In this document: positions 50,905 to 61,147 of the stretch, one piece after another
How the letters are laid out: each line of letters opens with the position of its first letter
How positions within the stretch are numbered: position 1 is the first letter of the stretch
Assembly (NCBI GenBank): GCA_963778655.1
Contig: CAVZVA010000009.1
Coordinates: 1,440,001 to 1,504,000 of the forward strand
DNA length: 64,000 bases
From: an uncultured delta proteobacterium
GTDB taxonomy: Bacteria; Myxococcota_A; Polyangia; Polyangiales; JAFGIB01
Direction: 5' to 3'
Notes under the pieces: model-generated
Databases searched by the model: none
Told to the model about the DNA's origin: nothing
The model's input: the letters and a program-made list of their open reading frames with translations, nothing else
Program-made: the position numbers and the translations under genes

Positions 50905-51929
50905 GCGCGGCGCCGCGCCGGCTGACGCTCGAGCAATACGCCGACGGTGTTCGCGCCTGCGACCGCACCGTGCTCGGGCGCGCGATCACGTTGGTCGAGA
51001 GCAACGCCGCCGCCGACCAGGAGCTCGCCCAGGAGCTGCTGGTCGCGCTGCTGCCACACACCGGCAAGGCGCAGCGCATCGGCATCAGCGGCGTGCCGGG
51101 CGTGGGCAAGAGCACGTTCATCGACGCCTTCGGCACGCAGCGCACTGCGGCCGGCCAGCGCGTCGCGGTGCTCGCGGTCGATCCGACCAGCGGTGTCACC
51201 GCCGGCAGCATCCTCGGCGACAAGACGCGCATGGCGCGTCTGGGGCGCGACGAGCATGCGTTCATCCGGCCCTCGCCCTCGGGCGGCTCGCTGGGCGGGG
51301 TGACGCGCAAGACGCGCGAGAGCATGCTGGTGTGCGAGGCCGCAGGCTTCGACCTGATCCTGGTGGAGACGGTGGGCGTGGGCCAGAGCGAGACCGTGGT
51401 TGCCGACATGGTCGACGCCTTCGTGGTGCTCATGCTGCCGGGCGGCGGCGACGAGCTGCAGGGCATCAAGCGCGGCATCCTCGAGCTCGCCGACCTGATC
51501 GCGGTCAACAAGGCCGACCAGAGCCCGGAGGCCGCGCGCGTGGCCAAACGCGACTACATGAGCGCGCTGCGCGTCACCCGTCCCGCGGGACACGGAGATA
51601 CGTGGAGCGTGCCCGTGCTCACCATCAGCGCGCAGACCGGCCAGGGGCTCGAGCTGCTGTGGGACAAGCTGGGCGCGCACCGCGCCTATCTCGAGCAAGA
51701 CGATCGGCTCGCGCACAAGCGCCGCGAGCAGCTGCGGCGCTGGATGTGGAGCATGGTCGAGGACCGCGTGCTGCAGGCGCTGCGCGCGCACCCCGAGGTT
51801 CAGAAGCGCGCGCCCGGGCTGGAAGCCGCCGTGCTCGAGGGCAAGCTCACGCCGACGCTGGGCGCGCTATCGCTGCTCGAGGCTTTCGGGATGCCCAAGC
51901 AGCTCCCGTCCAGAAATGGCGCTTCGTAG
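50901..51929 (+). CDS. meaB: methylmalonyl-CoA mutase-associated GTPase
   Basis: [47 protein letters not shown]. Confidence 0.97.
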   Translation: MSAAPRRLTLEQYADGVRACDRTVLGRAITLVESNAAADQELAQELLVALLPHTGKAQRIGISGVPGVGKSTFIDAFGTQRTAAGQRVAVLAVDPTSGVTAGSILGDKTRMARLGRDEHAFIRPSPSGGSLGGVTRKTRESMLVCEAAGFDLILVETVGVGQSETVVADMVDAFVVLMLPGGGDELQGIKRGILELADLIAVNKADQSPEAARVAKRDYMSALRVTRPAGHGDTWSVPVLTISAQTGQGLELLWDKLGAHRAYLEQDDRLAHKRREQLRRWMWSMVEDRVLQALRAHPEVQKRAPGLEAAVLEGKLTPTLGALSLLEAFGMPKQLPSRNGAS

Positions 51930-51936
51930 GATTCAA

Positions 51937-52075
51937 CAGGAAGACGGGAAGAACAAAACCCTCGAGACTTCCCGTCTTCCTCTGGATCTCTTGGGCCAAC
52001 GGGGCCCACGCTCCCGCGAGGGTCGCTTCGCTCCCGCGTCGCTGCACGCGCTCCCTGTCGGGGCACGCCTGCGGG
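51937..52075. repeat. family B inverted repeat followed by a family A-like element
   Basis: ACAGGAAGACGGGAAG..CTTCCCGTCTTCCT, then GGGGCCCACGCTCCCGCGAGGGTCGCTTCGCT. Confidence 0.7.
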
Positions 52076-52080
52076 TTCGT

Positions 52081-54022
52081 TCAGCTGGCTTCTTCGGCGG
52101 CTTCGGGGCCGCTTTCGAGAATCCCCGTCGTCGGCGTCACCGTCGCCAGACGGCGCGCCAGTGGTCGGCGCGGCTCCGGCGGCGTCCTCGGCTTCGTCGT
52201 CCAGGGTCACTTCGCCCGCGGCTCGTAGCGTGGGGCGGCCTTCCAACTCGTCTTCGCCGTTCTCGCCGGGCGCGTCCCACGGATCGCGTTCGACCACCAG
52301 GCGGCTGGCTTCCGCAGCTTCCGGATCGAGCAGGTCGAGCGGGTCGGCCTGGTCCGGCGCTGCCGCGGCCGGCTCGGTCTCACCTTCTTCGCCGGTCTCC
52401 GGCCTGGCCGGTGCGCCGCGATCGGCCCCGCCCTGCGGGCCTCCGCGACCGCGCGCGCGCGGTTGGCGCTCATGGCGCTCGCGCGGTCCGTCCTCGCGCT
52501 CGCGCCGCGCCTGTCCGCTGTCGCCGAGCGATTCCAGCAGATCGAAGTCGATGTCGCACAGCGGCACGTAGTGCTCGCGCAGGCCAATCCCGAGCCGCTC
52601 CATCGCGCGCGCCAGGTCCGCGCCGCCGAACAGCGCGCACGGCGCCGCACCCTCGGCGGCCGCCTCCTCGCGCGCCGCGCCGTGGATGCGGCCGGTAGTC
52701 ACCAGCCAGGCGCCCGAGGCCGAGCCGTAGTGGTGCAACGAGCCGCGCGCCTCGATCACCGCCTCGCGGTCGAGATCGCGCCCCGCGCGCAGCACCACGA
52801 ACGCCAGCCGGTTCTCCTCGGCGCCGCGCCGCAACGTGCCCGCGAAGTGAAACTCGCGGCCCGAGCTGCCCGGCCTGCGCACCGCGCGTAGCGCAGTCAC
52901 GCCCTCCGCGTTGAGCCAGGTGGCGACCAGCTCTGCGAAGCCGGCGGCCGGCAAATCGTTGAGCCGGCCCACGAACGCGCGCCGCACCTGGTCGCGCTGC
53001 GCCTCGGCGTTGTGCTCCACCGCCTCGCTGCTGCGCACCGCCTCTCGGGGCAGCAGCCACTCGCTCAGGCTCACGCGCTGGCCGGCGATGCGAAAGCGCG
53101 GGCGTCCGTGCGCGCGATCGGCACGCGCCGCGTCCGCGCGCAGCGCCGCCGCCACGGTCGGCGCCAGCGCGTCCGGCGATCCGCTCAGCCGTCCCTTGCG
53201 CACCAGCAGGTCGGCCACGCGCGCGAAGCTCGCGGGGCTGCGATCGCCGCGCGAGAGCACGTGGTATGCCGCGTCGGCCAGATCCTTGCCCAGCAGATCG
53301 CCCTCGGCCGGCTGGCGCGAGAAGTCGAGCTCGGGTTGCATCGGCTCGCGCTCACGCTCGCGGCGCATCGGCTCGCGCTCGCGGCGCGCCTCGCGCTCGT
53401 GGCGCATCGGCTCGCGCTCGTGACGCATCGGCTCGCGCTCGTGGCGCACGGGCTCGCGCTCGTGACGCATCGGCTCGCGCTCGTGACGCATCGGCTCGCG
53501 CGCGCCGTTGCGACGCTCGCCGCCACCCGGCTGTCCTGCGCCCTCGGGCGCAGCCAGGTCGGCGCCGCCCTTGCCGCCGCGCCGCCGCCGCCGGCGCCGC
53601 CGCCTTCCGCGGTCCTCTCCCGCAGCGGCTTCCTCCTCCAGGCCAGCGAGGATCGGGAAGTCGTCGTCAGCCTCCTCCGGAAAGACGTCCGCGCCCGGCA
53701 TTGCGGGGCGCTCCGCCGGTGCGGCATTCGCTTCCGATTCGGTCGGGCCCGGCTCTTCGGAGGCGGGTGGGTTCGAAGCTTCCTTGTCTGTGTGCATAGT
53801 CGCCTCCCGCAGCGCGAACACGCCGGGTCTGACCTTGATGATTGGAGACTGCCCCCAATCCTTTTTCACCAGAGTCGCGAGTCGCGAGCTCATGGTTACC
53901 TCGGGGGTTTTCCCGACATGGGAAAGAAGATTTCCTGCGATTGCTAGCTCTGTGATCTTCTTGTAGTGGAGCGGTTCACCGGCGCTGCGGAGTACCTCCA
54001 GCGCCGCTTCCGTGAATGTCAT
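52081..54022 (-). CDS. HARE-HTH (RNAP delta N-terminal-like) domain protein with degenerate Mrr-like domain and acidic tail; apparent frameshift at about 52120
   Basis: MTFTEAALEVL..PLHYKKITELAI...GKTPEVTMSSRL..VRPGVFAL; FAELVATWL...RGSLHHY..GAWLVTTG...LFGGADLA. Deleting one base at GAGAATC 52117-52123 ends the ORF DLESGPEAAEEAS* at 52081 instead of overlapping meaB. Confidence 0.75.
53338..53500 (-). repeat. 21-bp coding tandem repeat (REPMRHE)n
   Basis: CGGCTCGCGCTCGTGRCGCAT-type units, about 5 near-perfect plus degenerate copies. Confidence 0.9.
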
Positions 54023-54384
54023 CGAATGTTCTCGCAAAGTGGGGATGGGAAACCCTTGTGCTCGGGCGGCAAACCGCGGCGTGTGCCGGGCGATGACCCC
54101 AATCATCGACCACGGCGTGCGTATCGCGGGCTCCTGGCATGGACCACCGCGCGTACACCGCGCGGCCCATCGTGCTCGGTTCGAGGCTCACGAGGATTTC
54201 CAGGACTTGACCGTACCCAAACGTCCGAGGCCGCGTCTGAATCGACGGGAGCTCGGACAGCCCCCTAAGGGCGTACAGCCAGAATGTAACACCGCCGGGG
54301 GGCCGGGGCAATTGCCGCGGCTTTGCGCGGCGTTCGGGGCCGGGGCGCGGACCTCGCGCCCGGCACAAGCGGCCGGTTCGCGAA

Positions 54385-54448
54385 AAGGAGCCGCGGAACG
54401 CGGCCCCGCGTGGGGAGCGGCCGCGCGTGCCGCCCCTCGTAAATGATC
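54385..54448. repeat. REP-like element, family A
   Basis: GCCGCGGAACGCGGCCCCGCGTGGGGAGCGGCCGCGCGTGCCGCCCCTCGTAAATGA. Confidence 0.55.
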
Positions 54449-54559
54449 AGGCACCCCCCCCAGGTTTTTTGACCGAGATCAGCCGCTCCTGTACTCGGAA
54501 ATGAGGCCTGAAAAGCCGCGTATCGGGCCGACCGCTGCGCGTCCGACGAAGGGAACAGC

Positions 54560-55567
54560 ATGAGGCACAAGCGCGTTGGAATCCTGATGGGGGGCATGAG
54601 CGCAGAACACGAAGTCTCGATCGCCAGCGGGGAGGCGATCTACGCCGCCCTGACCGGACGTGGCTATGGCGCCACCCGCGTCTTCGTCGATCGCGACATC
54701 GACCGCGTGCTGCGCCAGGAGGAGATCGACGTGGCGTTCCTCGCGCTGCATGGCTCGTACGGCGAGGACGGCTGCATCCAAGGGCTGCTCGAAGTGCTGG
54801 AGATCCCGTACACCGGACCGGGCGTGACCGAGAGCGCGCTGGCGATGGACAAGCTCAAGTCCAAGGAGCTGTTCCGGCTGCACAACGTGCCCACGCCTCC
54901 GTACTACGCGCTCGACGCCGATCTGCTCGAGAAGCTCGAGGAGATTCACGGCTCGTTCGGCTACCCGGCTTTCGTCAAGCCGCGCAGGCAGGGCTCCAGC
55001 ATCGGCGCGGGCCGCGCCGACGACGCGGCCGCGCTGCGCGAGCGTTGCGAGGAGGCGCTGCGTTTCGATCGGCACGTGATCGTCGAACGCCACGTCGAAG
55101 GCCGCGAGGTTGCGGTCGGCTTGCTCGACGGGCGGGCGCTGGGGGCGATCGAGATCGCGCCCAAGCGCGGGTTCTACGATTACAGGGCCAAGTACCAGCC
55201 CGGCCACAGCGAGTACTTCGCGCCGCCGCGCATCGGCGCCACCCGGTTGCAGAACGTGCTGCGCATCGCCGAGCGCGCGGCCCACGCCCTGGGCGTGGAC
55301 GGTGCGGTGCGCGCGGACATGCTGGTGACCGAGGGCGAAAACGAGTACGTGCTGGAGCTCAACACGCTGCCGGGCATGACCCCGACCTCGCTGCTGCCCA
55401 AGATCGCCCGCCCCGCCGGCTACGACTTCGGCGACCTGTGCGAGCTGATCCTGGCGCGCGCTGCGCTCAAGAGCCCCCGCGGAATCGAAGCCCCGCAGGC
55501 TCTCGAACGCGAGCCGCAGGCGCTCAACGCCCGCGACCCCGCCGCCTTCATCACCAGCGCCGGCTGA
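54560..55567 (+). CDS. ddl: D-alanine--D-alanine ligase
   Basis: GGMSAEHEVS, LHGSYGEDGCIQG, MDK, VKP..GSS, YDYRAKY, ELNTLPGMTPTSLLP. Confidence 0.97.
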   Translation: MRHKRVGILMGGMSAEHEVSIASGEAIYAALTGRGYGATRVFVDRDIDRVLRQEEIDVAFLALHGSYGEDGCIQGLLEVLEIPYTGPGVTESALAMDKLKSKELFRLHNVPTPPYYALDADLLEKLEEIHGSFGYPAFVKPRRQGSSIGAGRADDAAALRERCEEALRFDRHVIVERHVEGREVAVGLLDGRALGAIEIAPKRGFYDYRAKYQPGHSEYFAPPRIGATRLQNVLRIAERAAHALGVDGAVRADMLVTEGENEYVLELNTLPGMTPTSLLPKIARPAGYDFGDLCELILARAALKSPRGIEAPQALEREPQALNARDPAAFITSAG

Positions 55568-55661
55568 AGCGCGCTTGCGCCTGTTCCCTCCCGCGATCGG
55601 CTGTTTCGCAACGAGAAGGCGGGAAGAACGGGGACCCCGGAAGCTCGTTCCGTGAAGAGAA

Positions 55662-55748
55662 GAGCCGCGAAGCGGCCTCGCGTGGGGGTGGGCCCCGGCG
55701 AGCTTTGCTCGACGGGCGGGGGCGGCGCGTGCCGCTCCCGATATGAGA
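55662..55748. repeat. REP-like element, family A
   Basis: GCCGCGAAGCGGCCTCGCGTGGGGGTGGGCCCCGGCGAGCTTTGCTCGACGGGCGGGGGCGGCGCGTGCCGCTCCCG. Confidence 0.75.
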
Positions 55749-55802
55749 AGAAGCTAGGGTTCATCGGTTCGGAAGGCCGGAACGGACTTACGAGCTGATG
55801 TG

Positions 55803-57506
55803 CTAGCGCGACATCACCATGAGCCAGGCGTCCGCTTGCTGCGCGTCGCTGGTCACGCGTAGCTCGAGGGGGCCCGTGAGGTGGGCTTGCGCGTCCTGCG
55901 CGCACACGCGCGCGGGCTCGCCCTCCTCGACCGTCGTCTCGCGCTGCTTGCCGGCGAACAACACCTGGCCGTGCGCGCTCGGCTCGCTCGAGAGCAGGTA
56001 AAGCCGTACGCAGTGCGCCTGCTCCGGCGCCAGCTCGAGCGAGACGGCATGGTCGCGCCGCAGCTCCAGATGGCGCGGCCACGCCTTGGCCGGCGTATAG
56101 CCGAGGTCGCGCGCCTGGCGCAGCGCCTGCAGCATGGCGGCGGTTACCACGTCGTCCGCGCCGGCGGGCGCCAGCGCCGCGAGCGAGGCCTCGTGCACGC
56201 GCAGCGCGTATGGGCCTGCGCCCGCCTCGGCGCGCGCCTGCAAGCTGAGCTCGCGCCCGGCGGCGCTGCACACGTGCACATAGGTGGTGTCGCTCGCGCC
56301 CTCGGCGCGCGCCAGGGTGCGGCCGGCGCCGTCGGTCGCGAGCAGCTCGAGCCGGCGCACGCCGGGGCCGCCCACGGCGTCGATGCGCGCGCACTTGCGG
56401 GCGCCCAGGTTGAAGGCCTGCTCGACCACCTCGCTCTGCGTGAGCCGGCCCTGGCGCAGCGTGCGTCCTGGCTTGTAGCCGTCTTGCAGCGCGCGCTGGC
56501 TGAGCTCGGCGACCACCTCGCCCAGCGGGCGCGCCGAGGCGTTGGCCAGCGGGCGCTCGCCCAGCCACAGCCCGCTCTGCCCGCCGATGATCGCTGCGTC
56601 CACGTGGAACATCAGCAGCAACGCGTTGCCAGCGCCCTTGACCGCGCGCAGCTCGGCTGCGAACTCCGCGCTGCGGTCGGCGCAAAACTGGACGCCGGCG
56701 TCCTGCTCCTTGGAGGCGTCACGCGCAATCTCGCTGCCCTCCTCATCCAGCACGCGCAGGTCCACGTTGCCGAGCCCGTCGAGCGCAAAGCCGGCGGCCG
56801 TGTAGCACTGCCCGGGCTGCACCACGAGCGGCACGCGCACCGCCTGCTTCTGCGCCAGCGTCACCTGCAGCGGCGCCTCGAGCGGCTGGAAGCCGCGGCG
56901 CTGCAGCCCGTCGCGGAAGGCCGAAACGCGTCCGGGCCCATCCGGCTCGGCGTGTCCCAGTCGCGCCACGGCCGCGCGTGCACCGAGCAGCTTGGCCGCG
57001 GTCTCGAGCGTCGACTGCTGGCCCAGGAAGCCGGCCATCAGGAAGCTGCCCGCGCCCTCGTAGACCTGCAGCGCGTAGTACAGCGTATGCGGCTCGCCGC
57101 CGGTGCAGACCTGGAGCGTCGGATGCGCGTCGGGTTGCGAGTCGACCGCCAGCAGGTCGCCGTCGGGGCTGTACAGCGCGGCGTCCATGTCGTGCACGCC
57201 GGGCGAGGCGATCGCGATCAGCGTGAAGCAGCTGCGCGCCGGCAGCTCGAGTGCGTGCGTGGCGCGCGCGCCCGCGGTCAGAAAGCCGCGGAACACCTCC
57301 TGTCCGGGCTTGAGCCCCGCGCCCTCGAGCTGTTGCGCGATCGCGCGCATCGAGCGCGACAGCACGTCGTCGCTGCCGCGCCAGGGGTTGTCCTCGGCCG
57401 CGACGTCGCGCAGGTGCAGCGTGGCCGCGCGCGGAGGCGCCGCGGCGCAGCCTGCGCCGAGCAGCGCCAGGGTGAGCCACAGGCGGTGGTGCGCGCGAGG
57501 GCTCAT
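55803..57506 (-). CDS. lipoprotein with tandem PPC-like beta-sandwich domains
   Basis: Lipobox GAGC; repeated C(F/Y)x...D(M/V)DxxL..DG...C modules; start MSPRAH overlaps the upstream stop. Confidence 0.7.
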   Translation of the reverse strand: MSPRAHHRLWLTLALLGAGCAAAPPRAATLHLRDVAAEDNPWRGSDDVLSRSMRAIAQQLEGAGLKPGQEVFRGFLTAGARATHALELPARSCFTLIAIASPGVHDMDAALYSPDGDLLAVDSQPDAHPTLQVCTGGEPHTLYYALQVYEGAGSFLMAGFLGQQSTLETAAKLLGARAAVARLGHAEPDGPGRVSAFRDGLQRRGFQPLEAPLQVTLAQKQAVRVPLVVQPGQCYTAAGFALDGLGNVDLRVLDEEGSEIARDASKEQDAGVQFCADRSAEFAAELRAVKGAGNALLLMFHVDAAIIGGQSGLWLGERPLANASARPLGEVVAELSQRALQDGYKPGRTLRQGRLTQSEVVEQAFNLGARKCARIDAVGGPGVRRLELLATDGAGRTLARAEGASDTTYVHVCSAAGRELSLQARAEAGAGPYALRVHEASLAALAPAGADDVVTAAMLQALRQARDLGYTPAKAWPRHLELRRDHAVSLELAPEQAHCVRLYLLSSEPSAHGQVLFAGKQRETTVEEGEPARVCAQDAQAHLTGPLELRVTSDAQQADAWLMVMSR

Positions 57507-58831
57507 CGGGCCGCCTCGGCCAGCGCCGCGCCCGGCGCTTCCTGGGCGAGCAACAGCAGAAAGCGCGCGGGTCGCCGGATCTCGTGCGCCTGCATCACGG
57601 CCCGCGCGCGCTCGTCGCGTTGCGCGCAGTGAAACACCAGCGGGTCGGGATTGGGGCCGATTTCGGCGGCCAGCAGCCGGCCTTCGCCGTCGACCAGGCT
57701 CATGTCGAGGTCCCCGCCGGAGAAATCGGCGCTGGCGATCGCACCCACCGCGTAGCAGCGGCCCGCGCGCAGTTGCAGCGGCACCGACTGCGTGCCTTCC
57801 GGCTGCAGCAGCCCCCAGGTCACCGGCGTGGCACGCATGCCGCGCGCGTCGAGCCGCGCCCGCATCTCGGCGTATGGGATGCGGGTGTCGTTGTCGATGC
57901 CCGCGGGCAGCGGTCCTGGCGGCTCGGTCAGCTCGAAGCTCTGCACCACGTAGCTGCCGGCACCGCGGTACATGCGCACGTCGAGCACGTAGGTCGACGT
58001 GCGGTCGGGGCAAATCTTGACCACGGCGTCGCGCACGCGCGTCACGTCGGCCGCCACCAGCGAAGCCGAGTCGGAGATCGACAGCAGGCGCATGTCGATG
58101 TCCTCCACGTCGCCGTCGCCGACCGCGGCCAGCGCGTAGCAGTGGCTGCCGTCGAGCGCGACGCGCCGCACCTCCCGCCGGCGCTCGGGCAGCCCGCCGA
58201 ACAGCACGCCGCCCTCGAGCCGATAGCCGAGCGTCGAGAGCTGCTTGACGACCGAGGTCATCTCTACGTCGATCGGCGGGCCCAGCGGCTCGGGGCCAAC
58301 GTCGATCAAGTCGGGCCGGGGGTCGCCGGTGCTCATGCAAGTGGCCATGATCGACTCGAGCGCGTCCAGTTTCGGCGGCGCGTTCCACAGCGGCACCAGC
58401 TGGAACTCGCCGTCGCCGTCGAGCATGCGCACCTGCGCCACGAAGCGCCGGCCGCCCTTGCCGCAGAAGCGCGCATAAGCGTGCGCGCCGCGCGCCTCGT
58501 CCTCTGCCAGCACGCGCCCGCTGGGCGCGTACAGCGAGAGGCCCAGGCGCTGCACCTCGCGGTGCCCCACCGCCAGCACACCGAGACACCCGTCCTCGGG
58601 CAGCGCGAACGGATAGCTGCGCTCGTCGCCAGTCAGCATGAAGTCGACCGCGGGCGTGCCCGAGGGTCGAGCGCCCTGCGTGCGCGCGGCGTTGATCGCG
58701 CGCTCGACGCATGCTCGCAGCGTGCCCTGGGCCTGGGCCGCAGCGCTCGCGGGCGCGAGCGCCAACAGCAGCGCAGGCAATGCGCCCCGCGCCCAACGTT
58801 CGGCGCGGGTTTGCGAGGCGCGGAGCTCCAT
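57503..58831 (-). CDS. secreted protein with three PPC-like beta-sandwich domains
   Basis: Signal peptide ending ASAAAQA; repeated CY(A)...DIDMRL / DLDMSL modules. Confidence 0.7.
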   Translation of the reverse strand: MELRASQTRAERWARGALPALLLALAPASAAAQAQGTLRACVERAINAARTQGARPSGTPAVDFMLTGDERSYPFALPEDGCLGVLAVGHREVQRLGLSLYAPSGRVLAEDEARGAHAYARFCGKGGRRFVAQVRMLDGDGEFQLVPLWNAPPKLDALESIMATCMSTGDPRPDLIDVGPEPLGPPIDVEMTSVVKQLSTLGYRLEGGVLFGGLPERRREVRRVALDGSHCYALAAVGDGDVEDIDMRLLSISDSASLVAADVTRVRDAVVKICPDRTSTYVLDVRMYRGAGSYVVQSFELTEPPGPLPAGIDNDTRIPYAEMRARLDARGMRATPVTWGLLQPEGTQSVPLQLRAGRCYAVGAIASADFSGGDLDMSLVDGEGRLLAAEIGPNPDPLVFHCAQRDERARAVMQAHEIRRPARFLLLLAQEAPGAALAEAAR

Positions 58832-58951
58832 GTTCGTGCGGCGCGGGGAGTGGATCCCCTGACTCCAAGGGTAGCGCCAAATGGGGCCTGCTGGGGGCCG
58901 AAGCGTGAGATCGGGTCGTGCGGACCCGGACCTACAGAGGGGCCCGAGTTC

Positions 58952-58980
58952 TTGCAATTTCCGATAGGATAATGTAGATT
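58952..58980 (+). promoter_or_regulatory. sigma70-type promoter overlapping a candidate Rrf2 (CymR-like) operator
   Basis: TTGCAA-N17-TAGATT in an AT-rich island, 11 bp before the Rrf2 ATG. Confidence 0.6.
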
Positions 58981-58991
58981 TAGCTCCCCTG

Positions 58992-59438
58992 ATGAAGCTT
59001 TCCAGCAAGGGCCGCTACGCGGTGCAGGCGGTGTTCGATCTCGCCTACCACGCGGAGGGCAAGGCCGCGCAGATCAGGGACATCTGCGCCCGCCAGAGCA
59101 TTCCCTCCCGCTTCTTGGAGCAGGTGTTCCGCGATCTCAAGCGGGCCGGCATCGTGCGCTCGAAACGCGGCCCGCGCGGCGGCTACGAGCTGGCCCGACC
59201 GGTGACCGAGCTGGGGCTGGGCGACGTGGTGCGCGCCATCGAAGGCCCCACCGTGCTCGGCAGCGCGGAGCTGCGCGGGCGCGGCAGCAGCCACGAGCTT
59301 CTGCGCGACGTGCTGGGCACGGTGGCCAAGCGCATCGAAGCCTGCCTGGACGAGGTCACGGTCGCGGACCTGTGCGCCCGCGCGGAGCAACTGGGGGTGG
59401 CGCACGGCACCGCCACTCGCTACGTCTACGCGATCTGA
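58992..59438 (+). CDS. Rrf2-family transcriptional regulator (CymR-like)
   Basis: MKLSSKGRYAV, FLEQVFRDLKRAGIVRSKRGPRGGY, VVRAIEG; lacks the IscR three-Cys cluster motif; upstream of cysK. Confidence 0.92.
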   Translation: MKLSSKGRYAVQAVFDLAYHAEGKAAQIRDICARQSIPSRFLEQVFRDLKRAGIVRSKRGPRGGYELARPVTELGLGDVVRAIEGPTVLGSAELRGRGSSHELLRDVLGTVAKRIEACLDEVTVADLCARAEQLGVAHGTATRYVYAI

Positions 59439-59445
59439 GTGCCCC

Positions 59446-60381
59446 ATGGCCGCTGAACCCTCAGCCAGAGTGGTCGAGAGCGTGCTCGAGCTGATCGGCG
59501 ACACCCCGCTGGTACGGCTGGGCGCGCTCGGTGGCGAGCGCGGCGCCACGGTGTGGGCCAAATGCGAGCAGCTCAACCCGGGCGGCTCGGTCAAGGACCG
59601 CATCTGCCTGGCGATGCTGGAGGCCGCCGAGCGCGACGGGCGCATCGGGCCCGGCTCGACGCTGGTGGAGTCGACCTCCGGCAACACCGGCATCGGCCTG
59701 GCGCTGGTGTGCGCGGTCAAGGGCTACCAGCTGGTGCTGACCATGCCCGAGAGCATGTCGCTCGAGCGGCGCGCGCTGCTCGAGGCGTACGGCGCGGAGA
59801 TCGTGCTGACGCCGGCCGAGCAGGTGATGGACGGCGCGATCGAGGCGGCCGAGGAGATCGCGCGCGCGCGCGGCGCGTTCATGCCCATGCAGTTCGACAA
59901 TCCCGCCAACCCCGAAGTGCACCGCGCGCGCACCGCGGGCGAGATCCTCGAGGCCATGGGCGACGAGCGGGTGGCGGCGTTCGTGGCCGCGGTGGGAACG
60001 GGCGGCACCGCGAGCGGCGTGGGCGCGCGGCTCAAGGCGCACGACCGGCGCACGCGCGTGATCGCGGTCGAGCCGGAGAGCAGCCCGGTGCTCTCGGGCG
60101 GCGAGCCGGGTCCCACCAAGATCCAGGGCATCGGTGCCGGCTTCGTGCCGCGCAATTTCGATCGCGCGGTGGTCGACGAGATCCGCCAGGTCAAGGACCG
60201 CGACGCCTACGAGATGAAGCGACGTCTGGCGCGCGAGCAAGGCTTGCTGGTCGGCATCAGCGCCGGCGCCAACGCGCACGTGGCGGCCGAGGTCGCGCGC
60301 GAGCTCGGCCCCGACGAGCACGTGGTCACCGTGCTGTGCGACACGGGCGAGCGCTACTTCAGCCTCGACGAGTACTTCTGA
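59446..60381 (+). CDS. cysK: cysteine synthase A
   Basis: IGDTPLV, NPGGSVKDR, TSGNTG, QFDNPAN, GTGGT, KIQGIGAGF, DTGERY. Confidence 0.95.
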   Translation: MAAEPSARVVESVLELIGDTPLVRLGALGGERGATVWAKCEQLNPGGSVKDRICLAMLEAAERDGRIGPGSTLVESTSGNTGIGLALVCAVKGYQLVLTMPESMSLERRALLEAYGAEIVLTPAEQVMDGAIEAAEEIARARGAFMPMQFDNPANPEVHRARTAGEILEAMGDERVAAFVAAVGTGGTASGVGARLKAHDRRTRVIAVEPESSPVLSGGEPGPTKIQGIGAGFVPRNFDRAVVDEIRQVKDRDAYEMKRRLAREQGLLVGISAGANAHVAAEVARELGPDEHVVTVLCDTGERYFSLDEYF

Positions 60382-61112
60382 TGAGCTTGCGCGAGACACA
60401 CGCGCTGATCGTGGGCGCCGGCGGCCTGGGCTGCCCGGCCGCACGCGTGCTGGTGCGCGCCGGGGTCGGCCGGCTCACGCTGCTCGATGACGAGCGCGTG
60501 GACGAGAGCAACCTGCACCGGCAGACGCTCTACGAGCCGTCCGACGTGGGCCGGGCCAAGACCGAGGCGGCGCGGGCGCGGCTGCTGCAGGAGGCCGCCG
60601 CGCGCGGCCGGACCTGCGAGGTCGTTGCACGTGAAATCCGGGTCACCCCGGAGCATGCCGTGCAGCTCGTCGGGGGCCACGACGTGGTGCTCGACGGGAC
60701 CGACAATTTCGCCAGCAAATTCCTGCTCGCTGACGCCTGTGCCCTGGCCGGCGTGCCACTGGTGCAAGCTGGCGCCGTGCGCTGGGTGGGCTGGGTCATG
60801 GGCGCCCTGCCCGGCCGCAGCGCGTGCCTGCGCTGCGTGTTCGAGGACGTCCCGCGCGGGCGCGAGGACACCTGCGCCGCGTCCGGCGTGGTCGGCCCCG
60901 TGGTGGGGGTGATCGCCGCGCAGCAGGCACTGATCGCACTGCGGCTGCTGCGCGGGGAGGCGGCCGCCGCGGGCGTGCTCTACAGCTACGACGGGCTGGC
61001 GGGCGCGTTCCGCGGAAGGTCGGTATCGCGACAACCACGCTGCCCGCTGTGCAGCGGAATCATCAAGGATACGGAGCTTGCGCGTTACGCGACTCCGGAG
61101 CACGCGGCGTAA
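60381..61112 (+). CDS. ThiF/MoeB-family E1-like adenylyltransferase lacking the N-terminal RYSRQ segment
   Basis: IVGAGGLG, DESNLHRQ, DGTDNF, CLRC, DTC..GVVG, CPLC. Confidence 0.9.
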   Translation: MSLRETHALIVGAGGLGCPAARVLVRAGVGRLTLLDDERVDESNLHRQTLYEPSDVGRAKTEAARARLLQEAAARGRTCEVVAREIRVTPEHAVQLVGGHDVVLDGTDNFASKFLLADACALAGVPLVQAGAVRWVGWVMGALPGRSACLRCVFEDVPRGREDTCAASGVVGPVVGVIAAQQALIALRLLRGEAAAAGVLYSYDGLAGAFRGRSVSRQPRCPLCSGIIKDTELARYATPEHAA

Positions 61113-61147
61113 GCGAGCACGACGAAAACGAGGAGAGGAGCCGAGCG

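Noticed and set aside
51800..52080. C-terminal extension of the HARE-HTH ORF overlapping meaB
   Set aside because: It reads through repeats and antisense meaB; better explained by the single-base insertion at about 52120.
54030..54380. Riboswitch or ncRNA in the long intergenic region
   Set aside because: Only a GGCAAACC fragment; I could not build a recognisable aptamer structure by eye.
56596..56611. parS-like site GCGTCCACGTGGAACA
   Set aside because: Three mismatches in one arm, inside a CDS and isolated; no convincing parS was seen near parAB.
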